NCBI GenBank assembly: GCA_903840015.1
Contig: CAIMEL010000024.1
Location: 1,057-65,056, forward strand
Direction: 5' to 3'
Length of the DNA stretch: 64,000 bases
Origin: an uncultured bacterium
Lineage (GTDB): Bacteria; Patescibacteriota; Dojkabacteria; SC72
Part shown: one piece after another, positions 56,432-64,000 of the stretch
Position numbering within the stretch: the first letter of the stretch is position 1
Layout of the letters: every line of letters starts with the position of its first letter
Program-made: the position numbers and the translations under genes
Notes under the pieces: model-generated
Seen by the model: only the letters and a program-made list of their open reading frames with translations
Database searches by the model: none
What the model was told of the DNA's origin: nothing

Positions 56432-57414
56432 AAGAGATAAAAAATACAAAACCAAAATCTTCACTACTACTTCTCTGTCTTGTAATTGGTTTCATACTAG
56501 GTATTCTTGTCTCCAGATATATACTATTTGCACCAAGCCAAACCAACGAAGAATCTCCTTACAAATATATAAACCCAATACTAACTTCAGGACAAAATAA
56601 GGCCCTTCCTTTGACAACATTGGATACACTACAAGGAGAACTTCAAGGCTATGCGGATAAGGAAAAAACAAGAGCCAGAATCTCAATATATTTTAAATAC
56701 TTAAATAGTGGTGCTTGGTTTGGAATCAATGAGAACTATGAATATGCACCCGCTAGCCTTTTCAAAGTTCCCATAATGATTGTAAATTACAAATTGGAGG
56801 AGCTACATCCTGGACACCTAGCAAAAAAAGCTGTTTACAAAGATGAAGGATATCATGGACTAGTTCAGGATATTCCTCCTGCCAACAGGCTAGCAGAAGA
56901 TAAAGAGTACACCCTTGATGAATTAATCAATCAGCTAATAAAGTACTCTGACAACTCTGTCATACCCTACCTTGAAGAAGAAGCTCAATATTATGAACTT
57001 GAAGATATATATCTAGAATTAGGATTACCAAATCCATATGTTCTAGGTGATGTCAAAGATATCATGACACCAAGAGAGTATTCTACATTTTTTAGGATTT
57101 TGTATAACGCTTCCTACCTAAACAATGAGCTCTCCGAAAAAGCATTGCAATTGTTAAGCAGTACACATTACGACGAAGGACTTGCAGCTGGAATTCCATC
57201 ATCAGTTGAGATAGCAAACAAATTTGGCGAGAGAGAAAAGATCGTAGATGGTACAACTGTTCAACAACTACATGATTGTGGCATCATATACAATCCAAAA
57301 TCACCATATCTTCTCTGTGTAATGACGGAAGGACAGGATATTAATACCCTGAAGGAGATCATTTCTGAGATTTCGAGTATTACGTATTTGAGATTAAAGG
57401 AACATAATAGGTAA
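56428..57414 (+). CDS. Membrane-anchored class A beta-lactamase-fold serine hydrolase
   Basis: SLFK (SxxK), YSDN, NKFG and HDCGII. Confidence 0.85.
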   Translation: MKEIKNTKPKSSLLLLCLVIGFILGILVSRYILFAPSQTNEESPYKYINPILTSGQNKALPLTTLDTLQGELQGYADKEKTRARISIYFKYLNSGAWFGINENYEYAPASLFKVPIMIVNYKLEELHPGHLAKKAVYKDEGYHGLVQDIPPANRLAEDKEYTLDELINQLIKYSDNSVIPYLEEEAQYYELEDIYLELGLPNPYVLGDVKDIMTPREYSTFFRILYNASYLNNELSEKALQLLSSTHYDEGLAAGIPSSVEIANKFGEREKIVDGTTVQQLHDCGIIYNPKSPYLLCVMTEGQDINTLKEIISEISSITYLRLKEHNR

Positions 57415-57459
57415 AAGAGTTGTGGTATACTAATCACGATAATCTAATCCAGTCATACT

Positions 57460-58107
57460 ATGAAGAACGATTTACTAACCAGATTGAACAAAATCAGAGA
57501 AGAAGTAGCCAAGAACTACAAAGTTATGCCCAAATTAGTCGAATTACAAGCAGAGGCAAAGAAAGCCTTTGATGAACAGATTAATCATTTGCTCCAAGAA
57601 AACAAATTAATCAGGAAGATAAAAGTTCCTAAATTTAATCTCCCTATATGGGTACACAAAGGGAAAAAGATCAGAATTCCAATTAACTGGAGGTATCTAA
57701 TTAGTACCCCCTTTATATACGGAATGATCATTCCTTCTTTAATCTGGCACAGTGCCATTGAGCTCTACCATCAAATCTGTTTTAGATTGTATGGAATCCC
57801 TTTGGTAGATTTCAGAGAGTATTTCATATATGACAGAAAATTACTCTCTATGCTAAATATTTTTGAAAAGATTAATTGTATTTACTGTAGTTATGTAAAC
57901 AATCTCATACGATACAGTGCAGAGATTGGAGGGAGAACTGAAAGATACTGGTGTCCCATTAAATATTACAGAAGAATTAACAATGCACACTCTCAGTATT
58001 CCAAGTTTGTTGATGGAGAGAATATCGAAGAAATGAGAGAACAGTGGGAAGAGCTTAGAGATTTCTCTGATTTAACAACAGATCAACCATCAAAATCTAA
58101 CTCTTAG
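57460..58107 (+). CDS. Conserved-looking Cys-containing hypothetical protein
   Basis: PFIY, CF.LYGIP.V, EKINCIYCSY.N and TE.YWCPIK. Confidence 0.7.
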   Translation: MKNDLLTRLNKIREEVAKNYKVMPKLVELQAEAKKAFDEQINHLLQENKLIRKIKVPKFNLPIWVHKGKKIRIPINWRYLISTPFIYGMIIPSLIWHSAIELYHQICFRLYGIPLVDFREYFIYDRKLLSMLNIFEKINCIYCSYVNNLIRYSAEIGGRTERYWCPIKYYRRINNAHSQYSKFVDGENIEEMREQWEELRDFSDLTTDQPSKSNS

Positions 58108-58354
58108 GCTTCTTCCCTTTGGAGAATATTTTTACAAGGAAGAGAACAAAGGCAATCAGAAGTAGAGCTACGAAAATCATCCCTCCGATTGTTAAAACCT
58201 TTTTTATGAGAATTGTATAGGGTGTATACTCACCACGTAACTCTGGAAGTATAATTGATTGAAATATATTAGGAATAAACCCTTCAGCGAAAACAATCGT
58301 TCTGTTAAAAAGCAGCAAGACATATGAAATTAAGAATATTAATACAGTCCTCAT
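58097..58354 (-). CDS. Small membrane protein
   Basis: Signal peptide ending VFA and a C-terminal TM; follows the flavodoxin gene. Confidence 0.6.
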   Translation of the reverse strand: MRTVLIFLISYVLLLFNRTIVFAEGFIPNIFQSIILPELRGEYTPYTILIKKVLTIGGMIFVALLLIAFVLFLVKIFSKGKKPKS

Positions 58355-58355
58355 A

Positions 58356-58787
58356 CTAAAGTTTTTTTCCCAACTCTTTACCCCATTCAATGGCCCTCTC
58401 CATTTCTCCATCAAACAAAGGACCCTCTTTGCCTTTTACAAAGAAAACTTTTGGATCTACAAGTTTACTCCCCCCTTTGTCTACCAACCTTCCAAGAATC
58501 TTCAAAGCAGCATCTCCATGGAAAAAAACCTTCATTCTAGTATCAAAAGAGGTCACTTTAATATTTTTCAATTGACTTCCACTAAATGCATCTAACCATT
58601 GATTCATACCCTCTAAAGGACGCCACCCCTGAATTGGGCTTCCTACCACAAGAAGCTTCATACTCTTCAAATATTCTTTCTTGAATTTTGATATATGCAA
58701 TGCCTTTGTTCCCAAACCTTCTGCAATAGCTTCTGCTATCTTAGCTGTATTACCATATGCAGAATCATATACTACTAATGTTTTCAT
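58356..58787 (-). CDS. Flavodoxin family protein
   Basis: VVYDSAYGNT.KIAEAI, VGSP and FDTR. Confidence 0.9.
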   Translation of the reverse strand: MKTLVVYDSAYGNTAKIAEAIAEGLGTKALHISKFKKEYLKSMKLLVVGSPIQGWRPLEGMNQWLDAFSGSQLKNIKVTSFDTRMKVFFHGDAALKILGRLVDKGGSKLVDPKVFFVKGKEGPLFDGEMERAIEWGKELGKKL

Positions 58788-58865
58788 ATCATATTTTAAC
58801 ACATCCGAAAATTCATTATCAATTATATATAGTAATCACTCTCAACTAGCGATATACTGTAATGT

Positions 58866-59195
58866 ATGAAAGAAAATCTTCTCAAATTCCTCGGTGGAGT
58901 TATTGGAATAATACTAGTTTTTCTTCTAATTAAGTGGGGTATGAGTATCCAGAAGAGACATGAAGAGAAGTACCCTTGGAGAGCCTCTATATATACAGAA
59001 ACAACTGTGTTAGATTCAAAAGATTTTAAAGATATTGACTCCTGCAGAGAGTGGGTAGAGCAGAAAAGGAAAGATTTGGATTCTGCATACGAAGATTGGG
59101 ATTACGATTGTGGATACAAATGTAAGATTACAGATCAAAAGATTGAATCCGGAAAAAGAATAAATGAATATGAGTGTGAAGAATTAACAAAATAG
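58866..59195 (+). CDS. Small single-pass membrane protein with four extracytoplasmic Cys
   Basis: TM followed by F.....CR.W and YDCG..C...C. Confidence 0.7.
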   Translation: MKENLLKFLGGVIGIILVFLLIKWGMSIQKRHEEKYPWRASIYTETTVLDSKDFKDIDSCREWVEQKRKDLDSAYEDWDYDCGYKCKITDQKIESGKRINEYECEELTK

Positions 59196-59241
59196 ATAGA
59201 ACTGGTACAAAACAGAAGATATATCTGATATCATAAAATCA

Positions 59242-61356
59242 ATGGAAAAAAGTATCCCATTAAAAAAGTTGCTCCCATATATACTTGCAGCATTAATCAT
59301 TCTCCCTATTCTAATCACCATTTTCTTTCAGAACTTCAAAATTGTTACAATCTTAAAAGAGAAACCATCTGAAACCATAGTGGCAAATATCTCAAGTACC
59401 TCAGCTCAGATATATACCAAAACTGTGGATCCAAATATATATCGCCTCTACTACAAAAAGACATCAGATACCGGTTTGTTCAGAAATGCTGATGATATTA
59501 AGATATATAGAGATAATCTTTCTGACAAAAAACTCTATGTTCTTACCTTAGACAATCTTGAACCCGGATCGGAGTATCAATTTAAAATAGAATCGCAAAA
59601 TAATACTTGGGAAGAAGGTTTTCTCTTTACTACAAAAAATATTGCAAATGAGATAGCACTCCCTAATATTGAAACTGGGAATGGTACTGAGCAATCCTTT
59701 GTGCTTCTTACAAATTCCAACAATGAAAAAATTATGCTCGATACCCAATATCATGGGACTTGGGCTTTTGATAATAAAAATGAAGCATATACTTCAACAG
59801 AATATGCAAACTATACTTCTAAAAATGACCTACAGGTAAAATTGAACAATTTAATAGCCAAGCCTGCCTACGCTGAATCTGGAGCAAATTGTAAAATGGG
59901 AATTAATGTTAGCAATTTTCCTTTAGCTCCATCTAAAGCAAAAGTGGTAGATATAATTGGGAGATGGGTTGGATCCTGTCCAAAAGGAGGATATGGAAAT
60001 GAATGCTATGAGGATGTGTACTGCAAAGCTATGGCTGCAGGAGTCAAACCTGGCTTTGTATTTGCAATATGGTCTAATGAATCAGGAGGAAGTAACTATG
60101 CATATTCTCCAAATGTAGAGGACTTCGGTATCCACGCGAGTACTTTCCCAAAGAGAGATTTTACAGCACAGATAGAGCGTTTCCTTTCAGTGCAAGCTGC
60201 AGGAGGAGGTAGCTCTTACATATCAGCTTGTAACAAAAGTGCTGGATATAATGAATTAAGTCAATGGGGTGCACGATTCTGGCAAGGAGATTGTCAAACC
60301 CCACAAGGCTTGGAGAAAGGTTTAGAATATATTACTCAGATAGGAACTATATACAATTGGTATACAAATTCAACTCTTACATTTCCTTTCTCAGCTTCAG
60401 GTGGAGCTAGCTGTAGCTATTCCTCTGCATATACCAACACTGCATACAACAGCTGTACTGCACAAGGAACTCCTACGAATCCAACAAATCCGACTGATCC
60501 TACAAATCCAACCGAACCCATTCCCCCTGGAGGAGATGGTGTCAAGAAATGGCTCCCTGTAACAGGAACTATGGGGGGCAAAAAGATATCTCCAGAAGTT
60601 GATAGATATTGTACAGACCCTGATGGCTGTATATGTATTTGGAAATACAATATTAAGCCTGGAGAAACAACCAAGAACGCTAGCAATGGATACACCTGTA
60701 CACCGGATATGAAAGTTATCAAAACAGTCAAAAGCTGTTGTCAGACCAAAGATGGTCTTTCTTTCATCTGGCCATATGAGTGTAAAGGAGAAATTCTAAA
60801 AGATATTCCTGAAAGTAGTTGTAAAGCAACAGAATCAGAGATCAAGTTTACCAAAGGTATAAATTTCCTTGAAGCATTAACCATTCTTAACAAAGAAGAA
60901 TCTCCCATAGATACAGCAAAAGGTTTAATTCAGCACACAAACAACAGAATAATTGCCGTTGGCCTTCTAAGAAATGATGTATGGGGAAAGATTCTCAAAG
61001 TAGAGAAAGGAGAAATAAAAGGTGAGGACTTTAACTTAGATCCAGGGGAAACATACCTCGTTATAGCAAAAGAGGATGTAGTCATTCCAATTCAAGGTTT
61101 TAAGTCTGAAACAACCTTAGATATGAAAACATTAAAAGGATGGAATTTGGTACCTGTTTCGTTGTTAAAATCTGCTTCTAACAGTACAAAAAGTATTCTC
61201 CAAAATACAACATATACATATATTAATCAGATTGCACAATGGCAAGAGAAACAGAGTCTTTTCAAATACACTTTAAGAGATAAAAGTAATCAGATATATG
61301 GTGATGATTTAAGAATTTCAGATAGTAAAGGCATCTTCGTAAGAATACCCCAATAG
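59242..61356 (+). CDS. Large modular surface protein (FN3-like + lysozyme-like + Cys-rich + PT repeat)
   Basis: TM; LDNLEPGSEYQF (FN3-like); FVFAIWSNESG...DFG; PTNPTNPTDPTNPTEP; GWNLV. Confidence 0.75.
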   Translation: MEKSIPLKKLLPYILAALIILPILITIFFQNFKIVTILKEKPSETIVANISSTSAQIYTKTVDPNIYRLYYKKTSDTGLFRNADDIKIYRDNLSDKKLYVLTLDNLEPGSEYQFKIESQNNTWEEGFLFTTKNIANEIALPNIETGNGTEQSFVLLTNSNNEKIMLDTQYHGTWAFDNKNEAYTSTEYANYTSKNDLQVKLNNLIAKPAYAESGANCKMGINVSNFPLAPSKAKVVDIIGRWVGSCPKGGYGNECYEDVYCKAMAAGVKPGFVFAIWSNESGGSNYAYSPNVEDFGIHASTFPKRDFTAQIERFLSVQAAGGGSSYISACNKSAGYNELSQWGARFWQGDCQTPQGLEKGLEYITQIGTIYNWYTNSTLTFPFSASGGASCSYSSAYTNTAYNSCTAQGTPTNPTNPTDPTNPTEPIPPGGDGVKKWLPVTGTMGGKKISPEVDRYCTDPDGCICIWKYNIKPGETTKNASNGYTCTPDMKVIKTVKSCCQTKDGLSFIWPYECKGEILKDIPESSCKATESEIKFTKGINFLEALTILNKEESPIDTAKGLIQHTNNRIIAVGLLRNDVWGKILKVEKGEIKGEDFNLDPGETYLVIAKEDVVIPIQGFKSETTLDMKTLKGWNLVPVSLLKSASNSTKSILQNTTYTYINQIAQWQEKQSLFKYTLRDKSNQIYGDDLRISDSKGIFVRIPQ

Positions 61357-61372
61357 AAATAACTATACAATA

Positions 61373-61408
61373 TTGACAGCCCTAGCACTCAGTGTTATCA
61401 TTTGCTAA
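61373..61408 (+). promoter_or_regulatory. Sigma70 promoter overlapped by a CIRCE-like (HrcA) operator
   Basis: TTGACA(61373-78)-N17-TATCAT; CTAGCACTC-N9-ATTTGCTAA (61382-61408) versus consensus TTAGCACTC-N9-GAGTGCTAA. Confidence 0.75.
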
Positions 61409-61434
61409 CTATCTAAATTATTATTTTTACACAT

Positions 61435-61884
61435 ATGAAAATAATTAAAAGAGATGAAAACAGAAGGTCATATCCTTCAATCTATTCTCCTTTTAGATCT
61501 GTATTTGATGATTTCTTCACCCCAACAATCTGGGATGATACATTTGTAACTCAACCTACTCTCTCATCAATAGCTGCAGACATCTGGGAAGAGAAGGAGA
61601 ATATCTTTGTGAAGATGGCTCTACCAGGAGTTAAAAAAGAAGATATTAAAATAACTATTAACGAGGACAATATAACGATATCAGGGCAGACAAAGAAAGA
61701 GGAAGAAAAAGATAAAGAGAAGAAATACTACTTCAGAAGTATGGAGAGCTCATTTGAGCAATCATTTAATCTCCCAACCAAAATAAATCCCGACTCTGTA
61801 GAAGCAGAATTTAAGGATGGAGTTCTAGAGGTAAAACTTCCAAAGGCTGATGAGGTCAAGCCAAGAGAGATAGAGATAAAATAA
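61435..61884 (+). CDS. Hsp20/alpha-crystallin small heat-shock protein
   Basis: DIWE, LPGVKKEDI.I, F...F.LP and A.FKDGVL.V.LPK; IEI tail. Confidence 0.95.
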   Translation: MKIIKRDENRRSYPSIYSPFRSVFDDFFTPTIWDDTFVTQPTLSSIAADIWEEKENIFVKMALPGVKKEDIKITINEDNITISGQTKKEEEKDKEKKYYFRSMESSFEQSFNLPTKINPDSVEAEFKDGVLEVKLPKADEVKPREIEIK

Positions 61885-61906
61885 GTGAATGACCTGTAAT
61901 ATTACT

Positions 61907-61935
61907 AAAGGGGTTCATTATTTGAGCCCCTTTTT
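61907..61935 (+). terminator. Intrinsic terminator after hsp20
   Basis: AAAGGGGTTCA-TTATT-TGAGCCCC followed by TTTTT. Confidence 0.8.
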
Positions 61936-61947
61936 GTATAATGCAAC

Positions 61948-62652
61948 ATGCTTGAAACAGAAACATATACAACAGAGATCGAACAAAGGGAGATGCACCC
62001 TCTTGTTTCTACATCTTTGGGAATAATTGGATATAGACTTTCCACTCTCCCACAAACTCCAATGTATGATGAATATCGTGCAAGCATGTTAACAAACATA
62101 GCAATACTTGAACAAGCAGAGCCCTCTACGTTAGCAAGAAAAATGATTGGTCCATTGAGTGAAGCTCTCTTCTTTACGGCTTGTAGAGAGAATCTCCAGG
62201 CCGAAATATCCATATCCACTGCACAAGAAGATATGCAAGGTGTTGATTTCTTCCTTGGGTCAGCAAAAAGGAGAATTGATGTAACAACCAATCCTGGGAA
62301 ATACTCTTCTAAAATGTTTAAGACAGACAAAACAACAATAATACTTCCTCCGAGGAGAGATTTAATAAAGGGTATCCTTTTAGAAGGCGAAGACTTCGAT
62401 ACTCGACAATATTTACGAGACATCTTCGAACTCAACATGGAGATTCTCAACAACAGATATCCCCAGTACCAAATATTAATAGCAACAAGAGCGAAAAAGA
62501 GGAACAGTTTCAATGAAGTAGCTTCCAGAGGTTACAAGAGAAGAAACCTTCATAGCAATCCAACAGGACACAGAGACAAGGTATATATGAAAGAGGCACA
62601 ATACAGAGAAGTGATTAATGTCCTCTCCATCCTAAGGAATTTCCCTACCTAG
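61948..62652 (+). CDS. Hypothetical protein, possible PD-(D/E)xK-like fold
   Basis: E...ED.QGVDFF...RIDVT pattern. Confidence 0.55.
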   Translation: MLETETYTTEIEQREMHPLVSTSLGIIGYRLSTLPQTPMYDEYRASMLTNIAILEQAEPSTLARKMIGPLSEALFFTACRENLQAEISISTAQEDMQGVDFFLGSAKRRIDVTTNPGKYSSKMFKTDKTTIILPPRRDLIKGILLEGEDFDTRQYLRDIFELNMEILNNRYPQYQILIATRAKKRNSFNEVASRGYKRRNLHSNPTGHRDKVYMKEAQYREVINVLSILRNFPT

Positions 62653-64000
62653 CATTCCGTAATAGTTTCATTAGCAAATCACCCTGAGATTCAGTTGCTA
62701 ACCTAACCTTCAGATCCTTTTCCATATATATTGGTACAACTTGTGTTTGAATATGCTTACCCTCATAGAAATAATGAGATAGTACCAACCCTTGCCTCGT
62801 CCCTATCCATATATTCTGATCAAAGAAAAGATTCCCCAATCCATAGAAAATAACTCCATCCTTGTATAATTCGAATGTCTGTGGTTGATGAGCCTGAGTC
62901 CCAACAACAATATCTGCACCCATATCGATAGCTTTCTTGAAAACACCCTTCTGATCAGGAGAGCTCAATGGTTTGTAACATATTGGAAAGATAACATCAG
63001 AAGATGGATAACTGTAACACTCCTGAAATTGGAAATCCACTATCACAATATCTGCATTCTTTCTCGCTGTTTCAATATCACTCTGCATTTTTTCTTCAGA
63101 AAAAGAATTTGCCCCAGATCTTTCATCTCCTGCCAAGGCCAAAGTCTTTAGCATAGTATCGTAATAGTTATACCCCATGAATGCTATCTTCGTACCTTTA
63201 ACCTCTTCATAAAGGATTTTAGAAGCATCTACATCGTTTAGACCACCACCAAAATAGCGCATACCTAAATCAGTATAGATCTTAATACTCTCTTTGCTAT
63301 ATTTACTACCAAAATCATTATTATGATTTCCAGTCAGTTCAACAATATCAACACCACTCTTCTTCAACACATCAATATATTCCGGTCTAGAACAAAATCG
63401 CATACCTGAATACACCTTACACCCTGGTACAAAAGAAACCTCGTTAGAAACATGAGTCAAATCAGCATTAGCTAAAAACTCCCCTATCTCATCAGCAGGA
63501 TATGTAGTACTTTTTAGAGAATCCATTTTCAATGCTAATCCACGAGAGATTGCAACAACACCACTCATGTTTACCTTAACTAATTTCTCTCTATTAAATT
63601 TTGAATCTGTAGAACCAACATTCTTCTTAACAACATCTACTATGAATAGATCTTCTGAATTCTTCAGCTTAGCAAAAAAAGAAATAGGAATACTTCCATT
63701 TTCATCATCTAAGAAATTTCTTGAATCAACATCTAAAATCTTCATATCAACATCCAGATCATCAAATTCCACCAACGCTATATTCTTGTCACTCTCAGCA
63801 AGTTTTTCTACCAACTGCTCCTTAGATTCTAAAATCTCAATATTAACAGAATACTGACCCTCCAAATATTTCTCATACTTTGAATCTAGCATAAAAAGAT
63901 TGAACTTTTTAAGAGAATCTTTAGACACATCACCCTCCAAAGAGTACAGATGTGCTACTGGAATGAAATTCTTACTAAAGAGTTCAATCATTCCCTCTTC
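62645..64000 (-). CDS. CapA/PGA_cap family metallophosphatase-fold protein (5' end beyond the window)
   Basis: SNE, LTGNHNNDFG, GAD.VVG.QAH.PQ and YGLGNLFFDQ; frame open to the window edge. Confidence 0.88.
   Translation of the reverse strand, partial: EEGMIELFSKNFIPVAHLYSLEGDVSKDSLKKFNLFMLDSKYEKYLEGQYSVNIEILESKEQLVEKLAESDKNIALVEFDDLDVDMKILDVDSRNFLDDENGSIPISFFAKLKNSEDLFIVDVVKKNVGSTDSKFNREKLVKVNMSGVVAISRGLALKMDSLKSTTYPADEIGEFLANADLTHVSNEVSFVPGCKVYSGMRFCSRPEYIDVLKKSGVDIVELTGNHNNDFGSKYSKESIKIYTDLGMRYFGGGLNDVDASKILYEEVKGTKIAFMGYNYYDTMLKTLALAGDERSGANSFSEEKMQSDIETARKNADIVIVDFQFQECYSYPSSDVIFPICYKPLSSPDQKGVFKKAIDMGADIVVGTQAHQPQTFELYKDGVIFYGLGNLFFDQNIWIGTRQGLVLSHYFYEGKHIQTQVVPIYMEKDLKVRLATESQGDLLMKLLRNAR

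Noticed and set aside
56428-57414. True antibiotic-resistance beta-lactamase
   Set aside because: It has SxxK, SDN and KxG, but no recognisable omega-loop ExxLN, and it is membrane-anchored; more likely a PBP-like hydrolase.

Overview
AT-rich, gene-dense bacterial chromosomal segment translated with the standard bacterial code (an intact RF2 gene is present and TGA is used as stop). The gene content (DNA repair and replication, translation, cell division, many single-pass membrane or secreted proteins, almost no biosynthesis) suggests a Patescibacteria/CPR organism, possibly Dojkabacteria/Microgenomates-like; this is inference only. Housekeeping genes include uvrB, uvrC, dnaE, gatA/B/C, parAB, rplS/rplU/rpmA, rodA-type/ftsZ/ftsA/ftsQ-like, prfB, ftsEX, hpf, two gpmI copies and ten tRNAs. 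I found no CRISPR array, rRNA, integrase or transposase. The most notable observations are: (1) a modified division machinery, with an FtsA insertion resembling the FtsZ C-terminal peptide, an FtsE with an extra helix-hairpin-helix-like tail, and an FtsEX partner whose M23 peptidase is circularly permuted; (2) a tasA-like/sipW/lamin-tail cassette preceded by a clean H-type pseudoknot leader, with a 1-nt frameshift at the tasA start and opposite base skews on its two flanks; (3) several apparent pseudo-enzymes (cupin PGI, transglutaminase, Fic), two of them in one operon with a membrane-anchored HEPN-motif protein; (4) a GC-rich secreted-protein gene interrupted by a TGG-to-TAG change in one tandem-repeat copy; (5) pervasive leaderless gene starts; (6) CCA encoded only by the three tRNA-Gly genes. 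All family calls come from motif recognition by eye, without database searches.
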